Below the pieces are notes generated by a model. The model was not told where the DNA came from. It saw only the letters and a list, made by a program, of their open reading frames with translations, and did no database searches. Shown one piece after another: positions 1 to 11,644 of a stretch of 64,000 bases of DNA. This stretch comes from Lama glama (taxonomy: Eukaryota): positions 4,652,001 through 4,716,000 of the forward strand of contig CM052816.1 of NCBI GenBank assembly GCA_028534125.1, in the 5' to 3' direction. Numbering within the stretch: position 1 is the first letter of the stretch; each line of letters starts with the position of its first letter. Position numbers and translations under genes: made by a program.

Positions 1-219
1 TGATATTTTTAGACAGTAGATTTTTTTCTGTTTGTACCATCTGTTCTTTGTAGTGTTTGTCCATCACTTTGGGATCACCATTTTTCATTGTCCTGTTTTC
101 ATGTCTGATATCCTGAAAAACCACTGTTTTGTATATTTGTTTATTTTTTGTTTATTTCAGGTAGAAGGATGAGTCTAGTCTCTGTCACTCTGTGTTGCCC
201 CAGAAGTGGAAGTCCCTGG

Positions 220-660
220 CAACTACTTAGTATACAAAAACTGTTGTTATATAAAAGCTGGAAAAAACATCAATGCCTATTAACAATGAACAGATAAACT
301 GTGGTATGGCAATGCAATCAGCAATAAAAAGAACACGCTTCTGCTATATACAAAAATACACATGAAAGCACCATGCTAACAAGACCCAAAACTACTTAAT
401 ATAGGATTCCATTTATACAAATTCTAGAAAAGGAAAAATAAAATGACAAAGAAGAGCAGTGGTTGTCAGATATCAGAGGCAGAGGAAATGGACTGACAAC
501 AAAGGGATACAGGACAACCTTTAGGGTGAGGAAAATGTTCTATATCTTGATTGCAGGGTGGTCACATGACTCAATGCATTTGTTAAAACTCATTACATAT
601 ACACTTAAAATTATTGATTATTATTTTAGGTAAATTATACTTCAACAAAGCTGATTTTTA
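220..660 (+). mobile_element. Ancient L1 (L1ME/L1MC-like) 3' end fragment
   Basis: Typical L1M 3' motifs: 'aatgaacagataaactgtggtat', 'gattccatttatacaaattctagaaaagg', 'aaaatgttctatatcttgattg', 'taaattatacttcaacaaagctgatt'. Confidence 0.75.
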
Positions 661-699
661 AAGCTGTTTTAAAGGCCAATAAAAATGATGGCAGAGAAA

Positions 700-1450
700 A
701 AGGAGATTTTTCCATAAATGTGATAACAATAAAAAAAATTTTAGGATACAAAGGATCACATCAATCCATCAGAAAAACACTAACATTCTATAGAAAAGGG
801 GCTAGATAAGTAAACAGAAAGCTCACGGGAGAGGCAGGATGCAAAATACTCACTGCTATTGAGGGAGAAAGGAACCAAATATTATCAAACCCTACTGGTG
901 GAAATATGACTTGGCACAACTTCCTAGAAAGCAATTTGGGTATCTGGAGAAGTCTTAAATTATTCCTACTTTGGGGCCTAGTACACCCATATCCAGGACT
1001 CTCTGAAATTTTCAGAGGCATAAACATATACTTGGAAAAATGGATGTTCTCAACACAATTAATTGTTAGAACCAAAAGTAGCATGAAAAACATTTGGTAT
1101 TTCATGTTAGGAAGTATGATTACATTAATACCTTATAATTCGTCTCTTTCATGGTATTTTCATGATCATCAAAAATTACATTTTCAAAGAACTGCAGTGA
1201 TATGAAAATGGTCTTGATATATTAAAAGAATAACAAATAGGATACAAAGGTATTTGATTTCATTTCTATCATTTGTAATAAAATAAACATTGTGTGTGTG
1301 TGTGCACACATTTGAAAGGCTGTAAGGAAATACACCACAAGATTAACAGTGTTATTTCCAGGTTGTAGAATTGTTGGTCTTTTTTTTTTCTTCTTATATC
1401 CTTTTCTGAGTTTTTACACCTTCCACACTGATATTGCATTTCTTATGAAA
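700..1450 (+). mobile_element. Degenerate L1ME ORF2-end/3'UTR fragment
   Basis: 'cttcctagaaagcaatttgg', 'ggaaatacaccacaagattaacagtgttatttc' resemble L1ME 3' consensus. Confidence 0.55.
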
Positions 1451-1889
1451 GAAAAATAAGATATATATATATATATATAAACTTTCAAGTATTGTTAATC
1501 TCAAATAAGAAGTAGAAAATTAGTCTGAGTTTGTTATTTTAAGGGAGTAAGTGAGAACATGTTCCCATCACCCTCCATAGGAATAAGTAGCACTCTTTTT
1601 AATGTATATTAACTTTTCACAAACCACTGTCATTACATACAGAACAGATTGTGGGGTCAATGCTCTTTCAAAAATTTTTTTGACATCTTTCACTAAAATT
1701 TGCTGATTCACAACTATATAAAGACACAATGTTAGACATCAGGAATCTAGAATCTACAAGCCAAAATCCCTTCCCTCAAGGAATCCACAGTCTTTTGAGC
1801 TAGACTGTGGACTTCCAGCTGGAAATTTGGGCAGGCTATTAGTGGACCACAGCTGCTCTGAGATTACACAGGAAGAAAGAAAAAGAATG

Positions 1890-2400
1890 CATCCTTTTAC
1901 TTATTCACTGATTCATTCAAGATATATTTATTGAAACTACTAGTTTCAAACACTGTTTATGTTCCTGGTTTTACAGTAGTTAACAAAGAAGTTGTAATTC
2001 CTGCCTTGATAATGATTATGCAATAAACAAATAGAGAAGGAAATATGTGATACAACTTGTACATCAGAAGAAACAAGCTAAATCCAATGAAAGAGAGTAA
2101 CAGGAAGAACAGTGTTAGAGCAGTTGCAAAAGAGATAAAGGAATCAGGGAAAGCTCTGGGGAGGTGGCATTTGAGCTGAGATTAAAGGATAAAAATGAAC
2201 CAGCTATGCAAAGATAGAAGACCATCAGGTAAGACTGATCTTGTGCTGTCCGTGGTACTGAAAGATCAGTGTAGCTGTAGACAGCAGGCAAATAGGAGAG
2301 TGCAACACAAGAAGTTGGAGATGAGATAGGGACAAGATCATGCAGGGCATTATACTTCTCAACGATCAGAACAGACTGAAATCTGAGTCTCATATTTATA
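1890..2400 (-). mobile_element. L2 LINE fragment
   Basis: Starts with 'attcattcaagatatatttattgaaactacta' (reverse of L2 3' tail); 'ggaggtggcatttgagctgagattaaagga' is typical of antisense L2. Confidence 0.75.
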
Positions 2401-3559
2401 CTTTTGTTATCTTTAAAAGGTCTTTTGGCAAACATTAACTTCAAGGGTCATTCTTGGAAATATTTGGGCAACTAGGTGCACAAGGTGCTATAAGGACTTA
2501 AGCCAGATTAGATACTCCGTTATCTATATATAGAACAGGAGCAATATAGAATAACAGGACAATTGTGAAGGAAACTGAAGGTGAAACATGCCACATACAC
2601 AGAAAGGATTACTGTTCTGCAAAAAGCAACAACTAGTTGAGACAGAGGAGAGGATTCTTTTGTATTAGAAATATAAATTTACTACATTCAATAATATCCA
2701 ATCAGAGTTATCAAAAATAACACTTCAGCATTGATTCAGAACTGCAGGGTACACTATCAGTATAATCAAAATGAAAGAATCTAAGCCATTTCCCCATCTT
2801 GCTTTCTTATTATTGTCTAATTGTTCAGAATGTCTGTCTGTTATGGAGACAAAGCAATTAAGCCCAGCAAGTTACAACAGTGGGGATCATAAAGCCGGGG
2901 CCTGCTTCATTAGCAACTTGGATATCAGCATAGAAAACATTAAAGAAAGAAACACAATTGTAATTGGAAATAATGGGATCACACAGTTCGTTTAGCTGGG
3001 GACGATATGCTATCTGCATTTGCGGGCTTCTTATTTTTTCTTTTCTATTTTTTGGGTCTTTTTTCACCTGGGCTCTTTAAATGAGTTCCATAAACATCAC
3101 AGTACCGTAGTTGATGTAGTAAGGGTCTCAGTGAGTGCCAGGTTCTATTTCAGATAATGGCACCTGTGCCCTGGGAATCTAAAGGAATCTTATTTTATGT
3201 TAAGTGTCAACTGGCCCAGGAAGAAGAGAGGCACGTGGTCAATGCTTCTGTTAAACACAAATCACCAGAATAAAAACTCCTGTGTCTCTCTCGCCCCATT
3301 TCTCATTAATACAGAGGTATCTTCCCAAGGTCTACTCTTGGAACATATATATAGTTTTTAAATGATAATCATCCTTAATACACTTACAATGCAAAAGATT
3401 ATGTTACAAGGAGAAAGAATCGCAGACATTTTTAGATCTGGGATTGACCAAAGCCCTGTTATTTAAAAGTTGAGGCTCAGAGAGGAGACTGACATGCCCC
3501 AGGTAAAAAGCAGATAGAAGAATCAGAAGTGGAAGACACAGGTTCTCTAATAACAACAT

Positions 3560-3790
3560 AATGATAATCACAGCTACTGCATATTGCATTAATACCCTGT
3601 GGTGGACACTATGTCAAAAGTTTCACATATACTGTATCATTTTGACCCCATGACATACGAGAACTATGCCTTTTATGGATAACGAGACTGGTGCTCAGAG
3701 AAGTTATACAATTTGCTCTACTGTGAGGTAAAACTAAGATTTGAACCTGGTTGTGTCTGATTACCAAGCCCATGTGTGTAGCTGCTAAAC
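3560..3790 (-). mobile_element. MIR SINE
   Basis: 'gagactggtgctcagagaagtta...aagatttgaacctggttgtgtctgattaccaagccc' matches antisense MIR core. Confidence 0.75.
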
Positions 3791-3907
3791 GATCCCCTCT
3801 TCCTATACCAAGGAAAAAACATTAGGCAGTGAGTCCTGTTATCCCTGCCAGAAAATCAGAAACTGAAAATACAGTAGCATAGGTGGGAAAACCAGTCAAT
3901 TCCTTAG

Positions 3908-4221
3908 AGCAAGGATCAGCCACCTGAAGCCCAGCATCTGTTTCTTGCACAGGTCATGAGCTAGGAATAGTTTTATATTTTTTAATGGTTGGAAAAGATT
4001 AAAATATTTTTGTGACGGATAAAAATTACACAAAACTCAAATTTATGGCCCATAAATAAAGTTTTTTGAAGCCCAGCCACAATCGCTTATTTATATATCA
4101 TCTAGGGTTGATTCTGCATTTCAAAGGCAGAGCTGAGGAGCTGACAGAGACAGCATGACCCACAAAGCCAAAAATGTTTACTATCTGGCCCTTTACAGAA
4201 AACCTTTGCCAATCCCTGCCT
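3908..4221. mobile_element. MER58-like hAT-Charlie MITE
   Basis: 'gcccataaataaagtttttt', 'tttactatctggccctttacagaaaacctttgccaatccctgc' terminal motif of MER58. Confidence 0.8.
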
Positions 4222-4257
4222 TAAACCATAGCTTACACCACATCTAGGATATATCAT

Positions 4258-4480
4258 TGTTTTTAATTAAAGTACAGTCAGTTACAGTTTGTCAATTTCT
4301 GGTGTACAGCACAATGTCCCAGTCATGCATATACATACATATATTCATTTTCATATACTTTTTCATTAAAGGTTATTATAAGGTATCGAATATTGTTTCC
4401 TGTGCTATACAGAAGAAATTTGTTTATTACCTATTTTCATACGTGTGATTAAAATTTGCATATCTCAAACTCCCAAATTT
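4258..4480 (-). mobile_element. Young lineage L1 3' end (camelid/artiodactyl type), 5'-truncated
   Basis: T-rich tail then 'aagtacagtcagttacagtttgtcaatttctggtgtacagc...tctcaaactcccaaattt'; homologous to copies at 23405 and 41348. Confidence 0.85.
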
Positions 4481-5495
4481 AAACCACATTTAGAAATAAG
4501 AACATGAAGAAATATTTATACAATCAATGTTCCACACTTCCAAGGACAGGGGAGAGGAAGAGAGGATTGTGTGCCACAAGGAGGAGATGGAGGAATATGA
4601 CATGCTGCATCTCAATAGCTGAGTATCATTTTGTCTTCAGGGGTGATAAGTGTCCCTCAAAAAGGGGAGAGCCTTGTTGGTGTGCTTACTGAACTGTCTG
4701 ATCCCCCATCATGTCAAAGGAGACCCTCTAAAAGAAAATACCATCCAAATTCTTAGCGGTAGCTATCAGGTAATGGCTCCTAGGCTCTGATTTTTCTCCA
4801 CCTTAGATCACAGACTTGGCCAACAAAGTGAGTTAGGTGAGACAGCAAAGGCCCTCCTCTCTTTACGCCAAGCAAATACAGAGGAAAAACAGTAATAATG
4901 CTGGGCATTGAACCCTATTACGCTCTCCCTGCAAACCACATAAATTCAGTTTCCTATGAATGTGCGGGAGAAAGGTGAATTCAGCTGCATGTGAAAGTGA
5001 TTTGTCCACCACTGGTCCACGCAATCCCCCAACCATTAAATCCACAGATTTTTCCCTAAATACAAGTCAACACAGTGAGTCACTTGCTTAGAAAATCAGT
5101 TAACCCTTCCATCTACGAGGATCTTTAAGTAAATGAGCTTGGACCAGATTCATTTCACATTGAATATTTTAGAATTGCCTTTATAAATATAATTTGGCTT
5201 CCCATGAAGACTGCCTATAGGAAAATTATGGGGATCCAAGGATTCCAGCCTGTACACCAGCAATATTTCTCAACATGAATCGGCATTTTGGATTATATGC
5301 TCACCAGTCTCTATTAACTAGAGAAACAATTGCTGTTGTTGAAATTCTGAAATCATTAAGACTTTAAGGTACAGACTCTGGCTGTATTAATTTCACTGAA
5401 GGCCACCTTGTGACTCCTTTGAATCCAGGTATCTGGTCTATCCTTGGCAAAAAACTTCTCTGCAATCATGCACACAACAGAAAGACATTGCAGCA

Positions 5496-5591
5496 TATGC
5501 AAATTTAATGTATGCAAATTCAATAATACGAGCTGAGAACAAGAAAGAGACAACTATTTTCATGGTATGGATAATCCCACAGGAATTCCCC
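5496..5591. promoter_or_regulatory. Candidate enhancer: two octamer motifs and a kB-type site
   Basis: ATGCAAAT at 5497-5504 and 5512-5519; GGGGAATTCC on the minus strand at 5582-5591. Motif match only. Confidence 0.35.
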
Positions 5592-6305
5592 TAAACACAC
5601 TCACCCTCCACTTCTCAGAATAGGAAACATGAATGTGCTGTTCCCTCGGTCAGTCTTCATTCCCACCCTCATCTTAAAACGTGAGCATCTCATCCTGTTG
5701 AGTGTCATTCTAGTGTTTAAAGGAACACACCCTTCAGTCTCGAAGGCATCTGGATGCTGGATCTAGTACTCACCTGAAGAAACAGTGACAAGTGCCAGTA
5801 CTGGAGGGAACACAAGCTACACTGGACTTCTTGAGTGGTGGCAGGTGTGTTTGTAATATCTGGTAATATCTCAAAGTTGTTTGCAATGAAAATTTTGATT
5901 AAAATGCAATTTTTTTTTGTTTTGGGGGCTAATTCTGGTTTCTCACCCTCATATAAAATGTAACTTCACTGTGTCTTAACCCTTGGAAAAATCTACAAAT
6001 TCACAGTGCAGGCAATTAAATAAACTCTTGCCTCATATGCCAGTGAGGGTGGGGGTGCAATGTGGCTAAGGATGGAGATGGGCACAGGGCATGGGGTGGG
6101 GAGGAGGTAGGGAAGGTGATGGCAGACTTGATATTATCTGTTTCAAAAAGAACCATGATACCCTTTGGAATGGTACTTCCCATCCTACATTCCATGAAAC
6201 ATTCATTATTAATAACTGCTCTTTCAAAACAGGGGCCTACAATTATAAAGGTGTGGGCAATGTTGCATATTATATGCTCTTACATGTCACAATGCACATT
6301 AGCAT

Positions 6306-6675
6306 TGCTATGGACAGAACTGTGTCCCCCCAAATTCTATGTCAAAGCTCTAACCCCAAACATGGTGGTATTTGGAGATAAGGCCTTAGGGAGGTAATTA
6401 GGCTTAGATGAAGTCATCGGGGCAGAGCCTTCATGATGGGATTAGTTCCCTCATGGGAAGAGACACCAGGGAGCCTGCCCTCTATAGCTCTGTCCACCAC
6501 GGGACAACACAGTAAGAAGGTGGCCGTCTGCAAACCAGGGAGAGAGCTCTCACCAAAAGCCAATGCTGCCGGCACCCTGGTCTTAGCCCCCAGAACTGTG
6601 ATAAAATAAATGTCTGTGGTTTAAGCCACTCAAGTCTATAGTATTTTGTTATGGGAGCCTGAGCAGACTGAGACA
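6306..6675 (+). mobile_element. MaLR solo LTR (MLT1A/MST-like)
   Basis: TG...CA termini ('tgctatggac'...'ctgagaca'), 'ggtaattaggcttagatgaagtcat', AATAAA near 6606, 5-bp TSD agcat/aacat. Confidence 0.85.
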
Positions 6676-6894
6676 AACATGCTGGAAAAAAAAAAAAACC
6701 TGCAGTAAAGAAATCTATTTACCTTTATTAGAACCAGCATTTTCCACATACAGTTCTCCCCAATAGCAGAGAGTGATAATCTGAGTATTCAGATTTGGGG
6801 CAGAGACTGGTCCCTGGTTAGCAGAGGGCAGAGTCACTGTGTACTCACAGATACACCCACAAATGGGTGAGCTGGACACGAGACCTGTCTCCTA

Positions 6895-7050
6895 GGACAG
6901 GGCGTCTCAAGTGTGAACACGCATACAAATCACAGAGATCTCGTTTAAAATGCAGATTTTGATTCTGTAGGTCTTCTCTGGGGCTGCATTTCTAACAAAC
7001 TTCAAACCGATGTTGCTGGTCTGTGGACCCTACATTGAAGAATAAGGTGT
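6895..7050. mobile_element. MER5A-like hAT-Charlie MITE
   Basis: 'taaaatgcagattttgattctgtaggtc...ctgcatttctaacaaac...tgctggtctgtggaccctacattgaagaa'. Confidence 0.8.
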
Positions 7051-9219
7051 TGTCAACAATCTCAAACCTCCTGCCCCCTGTATTCTCATCTCTCCCTCAC
7101 CTGATATGCAAGGTATTTCTGCCTCCAGCAGCCAGCTGACGGTAAGACTGGGAGGAGGGAGAGAGGGCTTGTGCAGGCTTGGCTTGGAGCCTGTGCTGAC
7201 TGCTCCAGCCCAGTTGTGTAAGACGTCTCCTGGGGGAGTACCATGCGCTAGCCCAAGTGGGAGTCATTTTGCTTCCCATTTTCTCTGCCTCTGGTATGCG
7301 AGGTCCCTTCTGTAACCCCACAGTGAACGTGGTGCTCAACAAAATAAGATTCATGCATCCTTGAGTCCCTTAAGCATAACATCATCTTAACATGATCAAA
7401 ATTCCACCTGTGCCCTTTTTGTGATGCCTGCTTGAAGATGGATCAATCACTGTTTTTATGGAACACCTTCTAGCAGAGGGTTACGGTGTAGGAAATCGAG
7501 CTTCTGATGTTCGGAGCCCCATTCCTTCACTAGTTTAGGGTATATGTAAGTTGGTCCTTCACCTGATTGAGGTAACACTGAAGAAATTTCCTCTCAGGTT
7601 TCCCCAGCCTCTGTCTCTCTTTACATATGGCAACTCAGATCCCACAGTAGCAAGGAGTGTAGTCTGGAGTTTATAGCTTCATCTTTTTCTCACTAGGAAA
7701 CCAGAGAGCATGTGCCAGATCTGCACATAAGCAACAGGTAGCCAAGATCTTCCATCTACCAGGTTAACATTCGCAAACAGAGCAATCCAGGGGGACCCTC
7801 TCTATCACTGCTCAGAGTAACAAACTGACCTCCTGGGGTATGTCAACTCAGCTGGAAAAACAGGCCTTTATTCAATGCCCAAACACTGCAGAGAACTGTG
7901 CATATCTGGAAAATTAAATAACCAAAACAAACAGAAGGAGCTTCTCAACTCACACCTGGCAGGTGGAAAATAATTTCTCTTTGCATTTTTTTCCATCCAC
8001 AAATAAATTATCTTTGCTGTTAGATGATGACGAAGGTGATTTCCACGGAAGAAGAGGAGGAGGGTAAGCGAGATGACCTCTCCAACTGCCTTGTAATGCT
8101 TGAAACATAGGTGTCTAAAAAAATACATCTTGATTATTTCTGGTTTTTCATCCAAGAAGGCAGACAAACTGTCTATCCAAGCTTGTTAGCTGTAAAGGGC
8201 CAGCATTCCAAAGAAGGATTTGCTAAATCCTATATTCTTATTTCCAGAGCAAAAAGAAAAAATACTTTTGAAAAGTTTTAATGTGCATTCTACTGTTTGT
8301 GCTGCATGAATTCTTGGATTCAATAACCCCCCAAAATTGAATATACTGGAGAGAATGGCAGAAATTAATTTTGTGATTCTCTTTAACATTAAGATTTCTT
8401 CATGGCCACTCAGTCATCTTCCCTACATGGACTGGTATCACCTGTAGCTTCCAGAAGGGGGAACTGAAGTATGTCAAGGTGAAGGCCGTATTCAGCTTGA
8501 ACTATAGAGCCAAGCATAGGAACAGAGAGGTATTGTCTCCTGCTTGCAACGCTCTTTCTAGCAGAGGGGTTAAAAACTGATTTTTTGCACTAACAGGCTC
8601 CTGGGTCAAAGAGGTGAGGTATGTGTTTACAGAGCTTAAAGGTGGTAAGAAGAACTATTTCACTCTCAATTTGCTAACTTAGAAAAGTGGGCACACTATC
8701 TTCCGTTTTGTATTCAGAAGTGGCTTGAAGGAAAACCATGGAAGCATGGCAGGAAAAAGGGAGCTCTTAATAACAACCCCATACTTATGGTAGCTCTTCA
8801 CTTCGTACAAAAATAATCCTTGGTATTTCTCTTGAGGTTTATACTTTGGAAGCATTTAACACCTAGGACATATTTACCCGCATAATAATTTATAAAGTTG
8901 GCAGAGTAGGTAATAGGATGCCTAGTTTAGAAGCCATGCAAAACAATTTGTTAAACAAATGGGAAACTATTCTGATACCATGTTTTCTAATTATAAACAT
9001 AATACTTGGCTACTTTGAGGAGTTTAGAAGTGAACTCCCTGTCAAGAAAAGAAAGTAACTTTTTGGTGTATTTCCCTTTGCTCTGACTGTGTGTGTGATC
9101 CTGCTGCTGCAGGAACATGAGGATTTGCAATTTTTTTTTTTAACCAAATTGAGGTCTTACTCTCTATTGAGGTCTTCTTTCTTGCTTTTCTCCATATTAA
9201 AATTTGAACAGACCCCTAG

Positions 9220-11580
9220 GAGGATAAAGTAAGCAAACATATCTCTATTCCTTTCCTTAAGAACAACTGAAATGCCAGTAACACAGGTAAAAAGACTCTA
9301 AAAGGTGGAGAGAAGACAGACCAGCTAAGACATCGAGACCCAAAGAACAACGCAGTGGTGAGTGCCCCATGTTGTCTATTCATTTGCCCCATATATTCCA
9401 GACTTGGAATTGAAAAAGCCACCAACTTGGAAATGCCAACAGGCACAAACAAACAAACAAACAAAACCCCTGAAAACCCTGCTCTCTCTAGCCAGAGACC
9501 AGGAAAGGGGCAACCTAGCAAGAAAGAAAACTTTTGGAAAATAACCACTCCACTCCAGCCAAACACCACGGAAAGAAATGAGGCCTCACCTCCACCCATG
9601 TGAGCAAGTAGCCTACACCTCCACCATTACAAGGATCCCCAATCAACACCCCTTCCTGGGGGGCTGTCAAGGAAAATGACGTAGGAAGCTGGAACTTCCT
9701 CAATAGCCAGTGACAACTGCCCCCTTCCTGCGTCAGTGGAGACCATATGGGGAGACTAGACTCCCACCCCTACCCAGCATTAACAAGAGTCCCCGCCTCT
9801 CCACTGGGGTAGTGTCAAAAGAAGCCTAAAAGAGGGTCAAGACCTTCGCCACTGCCCAGTGGTAACAAGACTACTCTCCCACAGTGTTGGTGGAGGCCCT
9901 GTGAGGCGCAGTGACAAGCACTCTTACCCTTCCCCAGGCATGAAGTTATTAGTAGAGATCTAGTGGGGAGCCAGGTATCAGTCCCTCTGCCCAGAAGTAA
10001 TGAGGAACACCCCTTTCACATGTCAATTTGTTGGGGAGCACAAACTTCCATCTCCATTTGACAGTACAAGACATTGCTCCACCTTTTCCAACAGAGTCGT
10101 GTCAGAGAAAAGCTAGTTAAAACAGAAGGTTTAAATAAGACTCAGAGTCTCATAACCTAGTGCCCAAAATTTCCAGGTTTCCATCAAAAAGTATTCATCA
10201 TACCAAGAATCAGGAAGATCTCAAAATGGATGGAAAAAAAATAGACAGCAACTTATTAATTAGACATTCAAATGCTTTAATAAGCCATTATGGACAAACT
10301 TGAAACAAACAAAAAATTAGAACACTTCAGAAAATAAATAGCAAGTCTTAGCAAAGAAATAGAAGATATCAAGAACCAAATGGAAGTTCTAGAACTGAAC
10401 AGTTCAGATGAAATAAAAATTCAATGGATGAGCTCAACAGCAGAATGGAGAGGAGAGAGGACAGAATCATTGGAAGATGCAGTAATAGAAATGATATAAT
10501 CTAAGTAACAAAGAAAAGCTCTCCCTACTCCCTCTTTACCCCCCACAGAAAAGAGTAGCACTTCAGGAACCTGTGGGATTAGAAGACAAATAAATGTAAC
10601 ATTCATCGAGTAGGAGTCTGGGAAGGAAAAGAGAAAGAGAGCAGAGGTGAAAAATTATTCTAAGAAATGACTAAAAGTTGTAAGTATGGCAAAAGACATA
10701 GACCTAAAATTTAATAATCTAAACAAACCTCAACCAAGATAAACGCAAAGAAATCCACTATATAATAGAAATATATAGAGAGAGATCCACACCATGACAC
10801 GTCACAGTCAAACTTCTGAAAACTCAAGACAAAGGAAAAAATCTCTAAAGCATCAAGAGAGCGAAAACACTACACCTAGAGGAGAAAAATAATTCAAATG
10901 ATAGCAGATATCTAATCAGAATCACAGAAGCCACAAGGAAGTAGCACATTCTTAAAGTGTTAAAGGAAAATATTTGTCAACCCAGAATCCTATATCCAGT
11001 AAAAATATTCTTTGGAAATAAAAGGGAATCAATAGAATTTGTTACCAGAAGACCTGCCCTAATATGGAGAGATTTAAAAAAAAATTACTCAACTATATGT
11101 TACCTGTAAGAAATTCACTTCAAATAATACAGTATAGGCAGATTGAGAGTAAAAGAATGAAAAAAAAAAGATATATCATACAATTAATACTAAGTGGAGA
11201 AGCTATATTAATATCATGTAAATTTATTTCAAAACAAAGAAAATTACCAGAAACAGGGGAAAACAGGATATAGTGATAAAAATGTCATTGCACCAAAATA
11301 GCATAGTGGTCCTCACTATGTCTGCACCGAAGAGCAGAACTGCAATGTACAGGAAGCAAAAACTGAGAGAATTGAAAGGAAAGACAGATAAATCCATAAC
11401 TGCAATTGGAGATCCCAATAATCCTCACTCAGTTTACAGAACAATTAGGCAGAACATCAGCAAAGATACAGGAAAACTCAGAAACATCGTCATTCAACAG
11501 GATCTAATCAATGTCTATAAAACACTCCACCCAAAAGGAGCAGTATGCACGTTTTTTTTCAAATGCCCACAGAACATACA
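9220..11580 (+). mobile_element. Old L1 5' half: 5'UTR, decayed ORF1 and ORF2 endonuclease start
   Basis: 5'UTR subrepeats 'gtcagtggagaccatatgggga...ctcccacccc'; ORF1-like purine-rich segment 10260-11060; ORF 11273-11608 (KQKLRELKGKTDKSITAIGDPNNPHS...QDLINVYKTLHP...TFF) matches L1 APE endonuclease (IVGDFNTPLS; DLIDIYRTLHP...YTFF). Confidence 0.9.
11273..11580 (+). pseudogene. L1 ORF2 endonuclease remnant (non-functional)
   Basis: Translated track aligns by eye to L1 ORF2p EN region; GDFN motif altered to GDPN; element ends at ~11580. Confidence 0.85.
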
Positions 11581-11644
11581 CACTATTTCTCTGTTTGGTT
11601 GCGTCTAATCTGTCATTTAATCCTTTTGTTCAGTTCTTTCATAA

